A stretch of 64,000 bases of DNA from an uncultured Nitrososphaerota archaeon (GCA_963824385.1 CAWGPD010000003.1:160001-224000), one strand, 5' to 3'. Shown: positions 10,577 through 20,426, counted from the first letter of the stretch. Numbers and translations: made by a program. Notes: generated from the sequence alone by a model not told the origin.

Positions 10577-10804
10577 ATGGCCAACTATAACTTATCCATC
10601 ATTGCAATTGTAATCGCAGTAGTGGCAGTGATAGGCTGGATCAGTATATCTAGCTACACACAAGAAGCAGCTGCTACCAATATCACTAGTTCTAGTGAAG
10701 CAAAGGTTAGTCTCACAGGCCTGCACTGTACTGCAAGCATGCCATGTCATCTAATTTGTGGCAATCATATGTGTGCTCCAGGCGAGGTACCCAAGCCTCC
10801 ATAA
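10577..10804 (+). CDS. Small secreted/anchored Cys-His-rich protein
   Basis: TM helix then HCTASMPCHLICGNHMCAPGE. Confidence 0.7.
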   Translation: MANYNLSIIAIVIAVVAVIGWISISSYTQEAAATNITSSSEAKVSLTGLHCTASMPCHLICGNHMCAPGEVPKPP

Positions 10805-10906
10805 AAATCCAAATTTTTTCTTAAAACCGTCTGAACCAAATGATTCTTTCACCTAATCTTTTTTTACAAGACCTGTTAACTTGATTGAACTGCATTAAAT
10901 GGTATA

Positions 10907-11044
10907 TTGGTCAAGATTGCAAGCAAAATTGAAAAGTTTGAGACTGATATGAAAAAACATCAAAATAGATTAGATGCAATGAAAAACCACATTGACAGTA
11001 TGGATACGGAATTAAAAAAACTAAAACCCAAACCTAAAAACTAA
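10907..11044 (+). CDS. Putative 45-aa coiled-coil protein (not in ORF track)
   Basis: TTG start; MVKIASKIEKFETDMKKHQNRLDAMKNHIDSMDTELKKLKPKPKN shows a heptad pattern. Confidence 0.5.
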   Translation: MVKIASKIEKFETDMKKHQNRLDAMKNHIDSMDTELKKLKPKPKN

Positions 11045-11073
11045 GTTTTCTAAAATTATTTTAAATTATAATT

Positions 11074-11502
11074 TTATCTCCAGTGTTTTGTATTGTCTAA
11101 AAATATCTGACCATACTGATTTGCTATCTCTAATTCTGTCTTCCATGAAACTTCACCTTTGGCAAGTAATTGGCTTACTTGGAAAAAATAATGCTCAAGG
11201 TCCGGAGGACTAATTATAAGAACTCGTCCACCATTGTCCCCTGTGACAAATCTATGAGGAACTCCTTTAGGAATAGAAATTACGTCTCCAGTCTTTATCA
11301 TTGTGGGTTTATCATCTAGGATGAACTCATAGTCACCATCCATTATAAAAAAAATCTCGGGACCTCTTGGATGCATGTGTAACGCAGGTCCAACCTTTGG
11401 AGGATGCATTGCATCAAGAACTGTATATTTGCCATTAGATTCCGAAGTGAGAACTTTGATACTCATTTTTACTCCATGAAAATCAAACGGTATGTTCTTC
11501 AT
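11074..11502 (-). CDS. Cupin-domain protein
   Basis: PALHMHP..E.F...G and GD.I.IP.G.PH cupin motifs. Confidence 0.88.
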   Translation of the reverse strand: MKNIPFDFHGVKMSIKVLTSESNGKYTVLDAMHPPKVGPALHMHPRGPEIFFIMDGDYEFILDDKPTMIKTGDVISIPKGVPHRFVTGDNGGRVLIISPPDLEHYFFQVSQLLAKGEVSWKTELEIANQYGQIFLDNTKHWR

Positions 11503-11610
11503 GGAATATTTTTCATCACCATATATTTACTTGGATAGTTTTTAGATATTTTCCAACAAATAACCAATTTTATCATAAAGGATATTTACTATATGTCATA
11601 TTATGATATC

Positions 11611-11787
11611 ATGGCAAAAAAATTTGCTTGCTCTGATGTAGTAAGTGGTTGCAGCTGGTCAACTATAGCAAAGGACGAAGCAGATCTGTTTCATAAAATA
11701 TATGAGCATGCAAAACACGTCCATAAGATGGATACCATCCCAGATGAAATAATGACCAAAGTCAAGTCAAAAATTCAAGAAGTTTAA
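11611..11787 (+). CDS. Small metal-binding protein, DUF1059 family
   Basis: F.C.DV..GC.W......E..L......HA...H pattern. Confidence 0.8.
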   Translation: MAKKFACSDVVSGCSWSTIAKDEADLFHKIYEHAKHVHKMDTIPDEIMTKVKSKIQEV

Positions 11788-11851
11788 CAAATCATACTTG
11801 CATTATAGCTAGACTTGTGACGTTCCGTATTTGTTGGATTTGGAATATACT

Positions 11852-14260
11852 TTACTCAATGCTTACACTTGACGAAGTCTCTGCAGTAAGAGGCACTCCA
11901 CCATTACTTGGCCAGTCAGAGTATGTATCTACATAGATGTTACCAGTTCCAACACTTGCATTGTTTGGAATGTAAAATGATACTTCCATTTCACTACTTC
12001 CAGCTCCAAGTGTTGTCTTGACAGAGCCCACACCAAGACTAGTTCCATCAGAACCTACAAGGTTTACAGTGACTAGGACAGTTTGAGTTGAATTGGATGA
12101 CAAGACAACTTTGGAATAGCTAGTAGTTCCTCTGACAAATGAGGTTACAGTCTTGTCTCCCATCTGATCTGTTGGCTGGGCTGAGACTATAGACAAGCCA
12201 GAAGACTGGGAGATCTGGGATGATACTGTAAACTCTGTACGATAGCTCAATGAATTACCGTTGACAAGTGCAGTTGCAGTAACTTGGTAAGTACCTGCTT
12301 GTGCATTTGGTAAGAGACCTACCTGAAGTTCAGAGTTGCCCTGAGCATCAGTCTGAACTGTTCTTGACGCAACTATGTTTGATGAAGGATCAGTTACAAG
12401 TATTGCAACATTTTGTCCAGCTTGTGCACCAGTTGGACTTACTGTAATAGTTACAGTATTTCCTGGAGCGTATGATGTCTTGTCAGTCTGGATGTTTGAT
12501 GAACTAGTAGTGTATGATGCTTGTGTAACTGAAGATACAGCTGTTAGTGTTGAAGTACCAGAGCTTGCAGCGTGGAGATTATCTCCTCCATAGTTTGCAG
12601 TTACTGTTATTGTACCTGAATAACTTACATTTGGAGTGTATGTTGTTGTACAGTGATCTGATGGGATGTAACAATAAATTTGACTAAACGTTCCACCTGC
12701 ACCATTGTCACTCCATGATACAGTTCCAGTTATGGAACTTGATGATCCCAATGGATCAGTAACAGTTGCAGCAAGTGTAACTGGCTGGTTAGAGTATACT
12801 GGTGCTGGATTTGGCGTAACAGTTGTAATGGTACTGTGAACTGCATTTACTGTAAGATATGTAGAGCTGAGAGCTAGATCTGTGAGTGGAATCTCCGCTA
12901 TAGGTTGCAGTGATTGTTACTGAACTTGGAGCATTTACTGATGGTGTGTATGTTACTGAACAGCTGGCAGAATAAATCGTACAAGAACTAAACGTTCCAC
13001 CTGCACCATTGTCACTCCATGATACAGTTCCAGTTATGGAACTTGATGATCCCAATGGATCAGTAACAGTTGCAGTGTATGTTACTGCCTGGTTAGAGTA
13101 TGTGGATGCAGAATTTGCTGCTATAGTTGTGGTGGTATTGTGAAGTAGATTTACTGTAAGATATGTAGAGCCAGAGCTGAGACTGGTAAGAGGAATCTCC
13201 GCCATAGTTTGCAGTAATTATTACTGAACTTGGAGAGTTTACAGATGGTGTGTACGATACTGAACAGCTGGCTGAATAGACAGTACAATAAGTCGAAGTA
13301 AACGTTCCACCTGCACCATTGTCACTCCATGATACAGTCCCAGTAATGACATTTGCTGATGCCGAAGACTCGGTAATAGATGCAGTAAATGTTACTGGAT
13401 CGCCATAGTATGATGTTGCAGAATTTGGTGAAACTATTGTATTTGTAGACTGGGGTATTGGTGATGAGACATATTGTTGGTATTGTGGCATGTAATTTGG
13501 TACTCTACTCTGATATGTAGCAGCGTGATAAGTCGAGAGCCAGTCCTGGATTCCATGTGAAGATATTATTTTTTGATCTGAAGGGTTTGCACTTGGAACG
13601 TAACCATTTGTATGTGATTGATATGACGTAATTGAATTAAACGTCTTACCACTTGGGATTTGCGATGAATGTGAAAGCGTTGTTCCTCTAAGTCCTGGAG
13701 TATTTACTGGTTGAGCAGAAACTGATTGATTAACAGACTGGCTGAACAGTAGATGGTTGTGTAGAAATTGATTGAACTGGAACTGATTGAACTGGAACTG
13801 ATTGAACTGGAACTGATTGAACTGGAACTGATTGATTAGTAACTGGCTGAACAGTATCTGGTTGAGCAGGAACTGATTGAGTAGAGACTGTTTGAACTGT
13901 AACTGATGGGGTGGCAACTGATTGAGTGGCAACTGTTTGAACAGAATCTGAACGAGTATAAGATGAATGAGTATCAACTGATTGAGTATAGGCTGATTGA
14001 ACTGGAATTGGTTGTGTAGTAACTGCCTGAACAGGAACTGATTGAGTAGAGACTGCTTGAACAGTAGAAGAACCAGGTGATGTATCTGAAGATGACTGAA
14101 CTATAACAGGTGGAATAAATGAAGCAGAAGATGTTGCATTTAGATCTGACACGCTATATGTGGTAGCATTATTACTATCTGCAAAAGAATTCGGTAAAGC
14201 ATACTGTGAAAACATCAAGAGTGCTGTAAGTGAAAAAATAATCATTGCTTTGTTTTTCAT
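11852..14260 (-). CDS. Large Ser/Thr-rich surface protein with PVQSV repeats and three Ig-like repeats; three apparent frameshifts (~13737, ~13179, ~12869)
   Basis: Signal peptide; repeated ITGTVSWSDNGAGGTF...Y[GS]GD units continue across ORF-track fragments when single bases are removed. Confidence 0.8.
13769..13835. repeat. Perfect 15-bp tandem repeat (TGATTGAACTGGAAC, about 4.5 copies) coding VPVQS
   Basis: Directly visible; degenerate copies extend to ~14060. Confidence 0.9.
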
Positions 14261-14288
14261 GCACATAATACGTCATTGAGTTAATAAT

Positions 14289-14323
14289 GAATTGCGCCAC
14301 ATTGTTCTGTAACATTGTTAGTG
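14289..14323 (-). promoter_or_regulatory. Shared 35-bp upstream element, copy 1
   Basis: 31/35 identical to 29330..29364; directly upstream of a TATA-like box. Confidence 0.75.
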
Positions 14324-14472
14324 ATGATTTGGATACAAATGATTTGTACACAAACTATAAATCCTATGACCAAAACAAGTATGCCAAGAAACCCTGAAAA
14401 TGCCTCATAATTTGTTTGAGAAATACACACAACTGGTTATTCCTATAGTTTTTCTAGTCATACTATAGTAAA

Positions 14473-14901
14473 ATGCCTCTCAATATCCTGGTTGCAGAAG
14501 ACAATAAAGAACTTGCAGACTCGTATCGTACGATATTGGAAGCAAGGGGTCATACTGTAACAATAACCAGTAATGGAATAGAGTGCACAAATATCTACAG
14601 ACAATACCTAGAGAGACAAGTGGATGGAACAATCAAGCGATATTTTGATCTTGTCATACTAGACCAAAAGATGCTATACAAGGATGGAATCCAGACTGCA
14701 AAAGAGATACAGCAAGCAAACCCTGCACAAAAAATAATCTTCGTTACAGGTTATGGGGAAAGTGTACTGCAAAAACTCCCACAACTCTTGGGAAAAGTAG
14801 TAGTGATGAACAAGCCATTTACAGCAGAGGCATTTGTAACACAGGTGGAAACACTTGGAGCTGGCAAATTACATGAAATGCCAAAAACTATTAGAAATTA
14901 A
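14473..14901 (+). CDS. Stand-alone response regulator (receiver domain)
   Basis: ILVAED, DLVILD, DG, FVTG, KPF. Confidence 0.92.
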   Translation: MPLNILVAEDNKELADSYRTILEARGHTVTITSNGIECTNIYRQYLERQVDGTIKRYFDLVILDQKMLYKDGIQTAKEIQQANPAQKIIFVTGYGESVLQKLPQLLGKVVVMNKPFTAEAFVTQVETLGAGKLHEMPKTIRN

Positions 14902-15035
14902 TCTACTAGTTATAGTTTAGAAAATAACTTTGATTATATTATTTCAGTTCTGCGTCTAGTACTTGCAAGATCTAGTGCATCTTATAACATCACAAGGCAT
15001 TTTTTAAAAAAATTATGTGTGATATTTTAACTGTT

Positions 15036-15070
15036 CAAGAACTTTGTTAGTGTATAATGTGTAGTAATTC
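15036..15070 (+). promoter_or_regulatory. Shared 35-bp upstream element, copy 3 (more diverged)
   Basis: Aligns ungapped with the reverse complement of copies 1 and 2 and abuts TTTATTAA. Confidence 0.65.
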
Positions 15071-15090
15071 TTTATTAATTTCTTGTTGTA

Positions 15091-15870
15091 ATGATGATGA
15101 AAATGAATCCACACCAAAACAAACTTCAACTTTTGTCACTAGCTGCAATTCTTGGAGTTGTAATTACTGCATCTCTCGCAACATCAAGTGCATTTGCTGA
15201 TACTGGTCAAACACATGACCAAAGATTTGCAAACATGACATCTTACGCACCAGAACAGTCTGCAGGCATAACGTATCATGCAAATCAACAGTCTCCAAGT
15301 ATCGTATCACATGTAGACCAAAGGTATGTAGATAACACATTGCGTGTAGACCACAAAATTATCGACACAACGTCTCACCAAGACCAAAAATTTGTAGATG
15401 CCACATCTCGTGCAGACCATAAATTTACAAACATTGCGTCTCTTGTTGACCAAAAGTTTACAGACATGTTACATATGGGTCATGCAATCACAGACACAAC
15501 ATCTCACCAAGACCAAAAGTTTGTAGACATGAAATTGCTTGTAGATCATAGAATTGCAGACGTTACAGCTCACATAGACCAAAAGTTTATAGACAAAACA
15601 TCGTACATGAACCAAAAGATTGTAGACAGAACATTGCCAACACCAACAGCAGCATCAACATCAACACCAACACCAACAACATATGTTGATTATGCATCTA
15701 CTCAGACACCAACTACACCAACAGCACAAGCACCAATTCAAATTGACCATCAAAAAATTCCAAATTGGGTAAAAGGCGTTTTTGTCCTTTATGTGCAAGG
15801 AAAGTTGTCTGATGGAGAACTAATCCATACAATACAATATCTGGCAAACCAAGGAATAATCACAGTCTAG
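15091..15870 (+). CDS. Secreted protein with about ten 11-aa repeats, P/T linker and C-terminal IPxW[VI]K domain
   Basis: Signal peptide ending AFA; SHQDQKFVDxT-type repeats; IPNWVK...IQYL...GII tail typical of thaumarchaeal exported proteins. Confidence 0.8.
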   Translation: MMMKMNPHQNKLQLLSLAAILGVVITASLATSSAFADTGQTHDQRFANMTSYAPEQSAGITYHANQQSPSIVSHVDQRYVDNTLRVDHKIIDTTSHQDQKFVDATSRADHKFTNIASLVDQKFTDMLHMGHAITDTTSHQDQKFVDMKLLVDHRIADVTAHIDQKFIDKTSYMNQKIVDRTLPTPTAASTSTPTPTTYVDYASTQTPTTPTAQAPIQIDHQKIPNWVKGVFVLYVQGKLSDGELIHTIQYLANQGIITV

Positions 15871-15997
15871 ATTATTCCTATCCTGTATTATTTTTATTTT
15901 GAAAGCAACTACAGCGTTTAGATAGATGCTTGTTGCAGCCAATTAGTCTATGATCTTTACATCCACACAGGACACACTTTTTTTCCATGTTATAATA

Positions 15998-16159
15998 TTA
16001 CTCTAGACTCTTCATAAAATCTTGCATTCTCTGCATTCTTTTGAAATTTAACGATAACTCATTAAGATAATTTTCTTCTTTGACACATACTATTTTTTTT
16101 ACCATCTGGGATTTGTTATCTTTTTCAATTAAATCACTTTTGGATTTTGTTTCATTCAT
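15998..16159 (-). CDS. Putative 53-aa hypothetical protein
   Basis: ATG-started 3' part of the ORF-track 15998..16420; the 5' part is antisense to a real gene. Confidence 0.4.
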   Translation of the reverse strand: MNETKSKSDLIEKDNKSQMVKKIVCVKEENYLNELSLNFKRMQRMQDFMKSLE

Positions 16160-16316
16160 ATTTTTTACAGCGAACTTGACTGTATTATCTACGTGTTTTT
16201 TATTTTGAAAATACTGCCTTTTATGCCTAAAAAATGCAAGATTTGTTGTTTCTATGCCATTTAGAGTGCCTATTTCCATATGTACAGTTAATACCCAGAG
16301 AATAACACCAAAATCC

Positions 16317-16457
16317 ATGTCGTCAATAGATAGAGAAATGTTTCCTACTACATGTGCAGACTGTAAAAAAGAAACACAGGTTCCTTTCAAACCAACAGAA
16401 GGCAGACCAGTATATTGCAAAGAATGTTTACCAAAACATCGCCCAGCACGCTTTTAG
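16317..16457 (+). CDS. CxxC-x17-CxxC zinc-ribbon protein
   Basis: REMFPTTCADCKKETQVPFKPTEGRPVYCKEC. Confidence 0.9.
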   Translation: MSSIDREMFPTTCADCKKETQVPFKPTEGRPVYCKECLPKHRPARF

Positions 16458-16523
16458 GCTGAAAGACGCTTAAACAATTTTTTTTATTTTCATGCTTATT
16501 ATAATATTTTAAAATAAATTCTC

Positions 16524-16793
16524 TCAAGGATTGATGCGCACAAGTGTTGTAGTCGAATGAATCTTGTCTATCTTTCTTATCTTCCATGCAATGATATCTC
16601 TGATGTGGTCTACTGTTGAAGATTCTATTTTTGCTAAAATGTCATAGCTTCCAAACGTTTGAACTACCTCTACTGCCTCCTTGATATTTCCTAGTTGCGC
16701 TAATACTTCAGACTCGTGACCATGTTTGCAGTTGATCATCACATATGTAGTAGACTTGTCATCTGTCTGTAATTCTGACTGTGCGCTTTTCAT
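16524..16793 (-). CDS. Lrp/AsnC ligand-binding (RAM) domain protein without HTH
   Basis: YVMINC..G.E...TFGSYDILAKIE...KIRKI; paralog of 20096..20335. Confidence 0.88.
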   Translation of the reverse strand: MKSAQSELQTDDKSTTYVMINCKHGHESEVLAQLGNIKEAVEVVQTFGSYDILAKIESSTVDHIRDIIAWKIRKIDKIHSTTTLVRINP

Positions 16794-16969
16794 AAATTTA
16801 TTATTCATGTAATATATCAAAAGGCTTTTCCATGTGAATTACGGTTTTATTGTATCAGTTTTTTATTATTCATATGTCTATGAAGTAATTTCATTGAAAA
16901 TTATTTTAATATGTAATAAAAAAATGAATTATTTTCTTGCATGTTTTTATTTTGAAAATAAAATTTACG

Positions 16970-17269
16970 CTAACGAGTTGTCAATTCAGTAGGCTTGATC
17001 TTGTTTTTCATATAAGGAATTAGTTTTCCTAGATCTTCCATAGCATCTTCGATATTTTTTTTCTGCTGTATAGCAAGTTTTGGGCCAATTCTTTGCTCGT
17101 ATTCAGAAATTTCTACATAAAGTTTCTGCCCCTTGTCCATAAGCTCATGTGCTTTTCTGATAGGGTCAGTATGATTGTTCCAACCCCAGTTAAGCTTTGA
17201 AATCTCACCAGATAACTCGAAAATTTTAATTACTTTAAGGAGACCTTCTTCATCGAAATATTCTGACAT
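16970..17269 (-). CDS. Hypothetical helical protein
   Basis: 99-aa ORF with normal composition and TATA upstream. Confidence 0.65.
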   Translation of the reverse strand: MSEYFDEEGLLKVIKIFELSGEISKLNWGWNNHTDPIRKAHELMDKGQKLYVEISEYEQRIGPKLAIQQKKNIEDAMEDLGKLIPYMKNKIKPTELTTR

Positions 17270-17369
17270 ATAAACAAGCACTTGGAAACTGTTTTTAAAG
17301 ATTGGTCTGTATCATATGCTCCAAACACCCTGTGGCTTTATTACATGAGAGAGATTTTTGTGCGTAATT

Positions 17370-17729
17370 CTAATGTATGCATACCCTGCTTACTAGATCC
17401 TTGATCTCTTTCATGTTGAAGGGCTTGGGAAGAACTGCTGTTGCCCCATACTCTTCTAATTTTGATTCAACATTGACAGAGCCTGAGACTAGAACTACCG
17501 TAGCATTTGGATCATACTCTTTAATTTTTTGCAGTCCATAGAATCCATCATATTGTGGCATCTCAATATCCATGAAAAGGATATCAGGTCTGTGTTTTTG
17601 ATACAACTCTGCAGCTTCTTTGCCATTTCTTCCTGTACCTATGACATTTATGTTGCTAAATTGTAGCAATTCAACAAAACATGTGAGAAGTTCTTTATTG
17701 TCATCAACAACTATTGCATTAATTCCCAT
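17370..17729 (-). CDS. Stand-alone response regulator (CheY-like)
   Basis: VVDD, PDILFMDIEMP.YDG, VSG, KPF. Confidence 0.93.
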   Translation of the reverse strand: MGINAIVVDDNKELLTCFVELLQFSNINVIGTGRNGKEAAELYQKHRPDILFMDIEMPQYDGFYGLQKIKEYDPNATVVLVSGSVNVESKLEEYGATAVLPKPFNMKEIKDLVSRVCIH

Positions 17730-17934
17730 AAGACTATAGAGATTATGATTCTTCTATTAGGATAGAGTTTGTTCTTTGCAAACAAGCTTTAAAAAATTAC
17801 AATTTTGACATGCAGTGTCGTGCAAAATACAAGATCTAATTATTTTTTTAAAAAATTTGCAAAGTATTATTCCAAGACATGCGTTGATTTAAATACTCAT
17901 TATAATTCTGTTTTTTATAATAGGTAGATCATAA

Positions 17935-18501
17935 ATGCCCTTTTCATTTCTTGATAGTATTGATTCGAAAAGGCACCTGATGCTTGTATATGATGATATT
18001 AAAAAAGCCAGAGAAGTAGAATTTCATTTTATAAGACGTGGTCTTGAGAAAGGTGAAAGAGGCATTTATCTTACACATGATGATCCAAAATTAATAGAGC
18101 ATGAAATGGAAATATATGGGATCAATCTCAGGCATTACAAAAAAAGTGGCATGTTGCGAGTATGCCAATTGCCAAATCCTATGGAGCATTCTGAAGGTAT
18201 TCTAAAAGGTATAGAGGGCATACTACATCAAATCACTATGGACTCAAAAACTCCATTTAGGATTGTAGGAAGAGTGATTCCTGATGTAGGATTTGAAGAA
18301 GGAATGTCCGTTGAACATTACCTTGAAAAGACATTTCATGCAATATTTGATGATTTTAACGGTTCTCTCATGTGTACGTATGATTTTTCCCAGATCCAGT
18401 CAAATAATGAATGGAGAACATGGCTTGCTAAACTGGAAATGTGTCATCATGCATCAATATTGAACATATATGAAAAGTCTCAAATCAAGATAACTGCATG
18501 A
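17935..18501 (+). CDS. MEDS-domain protein
   Basis: HLMLVY...FIRRGLEKGERGIY...FRIVG...MCTY...HH. Confidence 0.85.
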   Translation: MPFSFLDSIDSKRHLMLVYDDIKKAREVEFHFIRRGLEKGERGIYLTHDDPKLIEHEMEIYGINLRHYKKSGMLRVCQLPNPMEHSEGILKGIEGILHQITMDSKTPFRIVGRVIPDVGFEEGMSVEHYLEKTFHAIFDDFNGSLMCTYDFSQIQSNNEWRTWLAKLEMCHHASILNIYEKSQIKITA

Positions 18502-18573
18502 TAGAGTTTTTAGTTCTCAAAACTCCTTCAATTAAACAATAGATCTAGTCTGTAATTTTTCAAAATTATTCTA

Positions 18574-18882
18574 TTACAAATAATCTAGACCCATCTTTTC
18601 AGTAAACTTGCGTATTTTTTCACAATCTTTTAAAAATTGTACTCCTTTTTTTGTAAGTCTTATCTCATCATGGTCTAGTAACATCTTTTTTTCTTTTAGT
18701 TCATTTAGAAATTTTGTCAGGGAATCATAAGACAAACCACTACTAAACTGAATTCTAGTAGGTCTGACAATGCCCGAATTCTTACTTTCTTGTATTATTG
18801 AATTTAATATAGCGCAGTAAATCTCTAGTTTATTTCGTCGCTCACGTCTTTCTAATATTTTCATCTCATGCCTCACTGTCAT
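18574..18882 (-). CDS. Winged-helix transcriptional regulator (HTH_45/ArnR1-like)
   Basis: RR.KLEIY..IL...TRI....LSY...LT.KG..FL. Confidence 0.85.
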   Translation of the reverse strand: MTVRHEMKILERRERRNKLEIYCAILNSIIQESKNSGIVRPTRIQFSSGLSYDSLTKFLNELKEKKMLLDHDEIRLTKKGVQFLKDCEKIRKFTEKMGLDYL

Positions 18883-19630
18883 ATGGTAGTTTTAAACCTT
18901 TAAGGTTATGTTTTCTGTTACTATTAGAATCATAAATAATTTTTGCAAAAATTCCAAGTCCAATGTCTTTTACAAGAAATGCGGTGATTACAGAACTTAG
19001 GCTACCTTGTAGACTAAAAAGTAATAATGAAACTTGACCTACAAGAAAAATACCATATACAAAGGGGATATAAGATAATCCCTTTCTTGGATTAAAAATT
19101 ATACTCTTGTATGAAATGATGATAACATATGCCAATGCAGCGATGTTGAATATTCTAAAATATTCAGAATAATCTGTAACTGGAGGAAGGCTAGAGTTGT
19201 TGAAAAACCATGTTGCCAGAATTATGGAAGAAATTGGTATTGTAGATAACATGCCCATTTTTAACGGAATAGATTTTATTCCTACACGTGTAGAAGTAAA
19301 ATACGCCAATGCTAAAAATCCAAAAGCAAAAGACATTGTAACAAGTCTTAACCAGAAATATAAATTAAATAAGTTCAGATTATTTATCGTAGGTAAAATC
19401 AAAACCATAAAAACATCTGTAAAAGACATAAATCCAAAGCTTAGAGTGATTCCAAGCAAGACGTTGCTTTGAACTGTTTTATACATTCGGTAGGCATAGA
19501 CTGAGATAACTGCTCCAAAAATGATAGATGCTATCTTACTTGCCAGGTAAATTGGGTGAAATGAAACATTCTGAAAAGCATCATAGATTCCACTGTGTAC
19601 TAGATTTTCTAACAAGAATGAATCATGCAA
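18866..19630 (-). CDS. Multi-pass (about 7 TM) membrane protein, putative sensor
   Basis: About seven hydrophobic helices; overlaps or abuts the wHTH gene; related to 49298..49933. Confidence 0.75.
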   Translation of the reverse strand: MHDSFLLENLVHSGIYDAFQNVSFHPIYLASKIASIIFGAVISVYAYRMYKTVQSNVLLGITLSFGFMSFTDVFMVLILPTINNLNLFNLYFWLRLVTMSFAFGFLALAYFTSTRVGIKSIPLKMGMLSTIPISSIILATWFFNNSSLPPVTDYSEYFRIFNIAALAYVIIISYKSIIFNPRKGLSYIPFVYGIFLVGQVSLLLFSLQGSLSSVITAFLVKDIGLGIFAKIIYDSNSNRKHNLKGLKLPYDSEA

Positions 19631-19675
19631 ATATTTCCACTATGATATTTATCGCTTTTTAGCATTATTTATTGA

Positions 19676-19706
19676 AATTATGATTATCATAATTGATAAT
19701 TATGAT
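19676..19706. promoter_or_regulatory. Overlapping palindromes AATTATGAT-T-ATCATAATT-GAT-AATTATGAT
   Basis: Perfect 9-1-9 and 9-3-9 inverted repeats upstream of the membrane protein/wHTH operon. Confidence 0.55.
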
Positions 19707-19804
19707 CTTGTTTTATTATAATTCCATAATCCACGCCTAAAATCTGCCATATGCTATCAATCACAATAAATTACTGATTAGAAAATAATTATTCGCCCCA
19801 ATAT

Positions 19805-19941
19805 GCACGCAGACGGACTGGGATGATGAAAGATGATTTTTGGTCCACCCAGCCGTGCTACAGGGCACCCCGGTAATAGAACAAGATGAGGATTAAGGCT
19901 AAACGTACCAATGACTCTATGTGGGTCAGAACCGGGGGACA
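19805..19941 (+). ncRNA. Two-hairpin box H/ACA-like guide RNA
   Basis: GC-rich island; stems GCACG/CGTGC and CCCCGG/CCGGGG each followed by ACA (19860-62, 19939-41); TGA/GA K-turn-like motifs; T-tract after it. Confidence 0.75.
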
Positions 19942-20095
19942 TTCTTTTTACCTATATTTTTTAAAAATATCTGCAATCAAAAGAATTTTTGAGATTTTAT
20001 ACAATAAATCAGAACTTAATTCAACTAAGGTACTATGATGATCTTGGTACGAAAACGACAGATCCATTGATATATTTGCATTGTATAGGTATTAC

Positions 20096-20335
20096 ATGGC
20101 AACAGCATACGTGCTAATAAATTGTGAACTTGGCTCAGAAGAATCTATAATTTCGCAACTCAAAGCAATTAACGGAGTCAAGGAAGTTCACGGTACCTTC
20201 GGGGCCTACGATATTCTAGCAAAGATAGAATCTCCAACAGTGGAAGCACTAAGAGAGATCATCACATGGAAGATTCGTAAAATAGAGAAGATTCGTTCAA
20301 CTCTAACCTTGATGGGCATAGAAGGTCAAAGCTGA
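20096..20335 (+). CDS. Lrp/AsnC ligand-binding domain protein without HTH
   Basis: AYVLINCELGSE...GTFGAYDILAKIE...IRSTLTL. Confidence 0.9.
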   Translation: MATAYVLINCELGSEESIISQLKAINGVKEVHGTFGAYDILAKIESPTVEALREIITWKIRKIEKIRSTLTLMGIEGQS

Positions 20336-20426
20336 AACACTAGAAAAATTTCCGCTCATATTTTTAAAACCATCCTAGAGAATTCTCTAATTTTTATGCA
20401 AAGACCTTTTAATTGTGTTGTAATCT

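Noticed and set aside
13769..14060. Periodic repeats as a CRISPR array
   Set aside because: 15-bp in-frame coding repeats with no unique spacers and no cas genes
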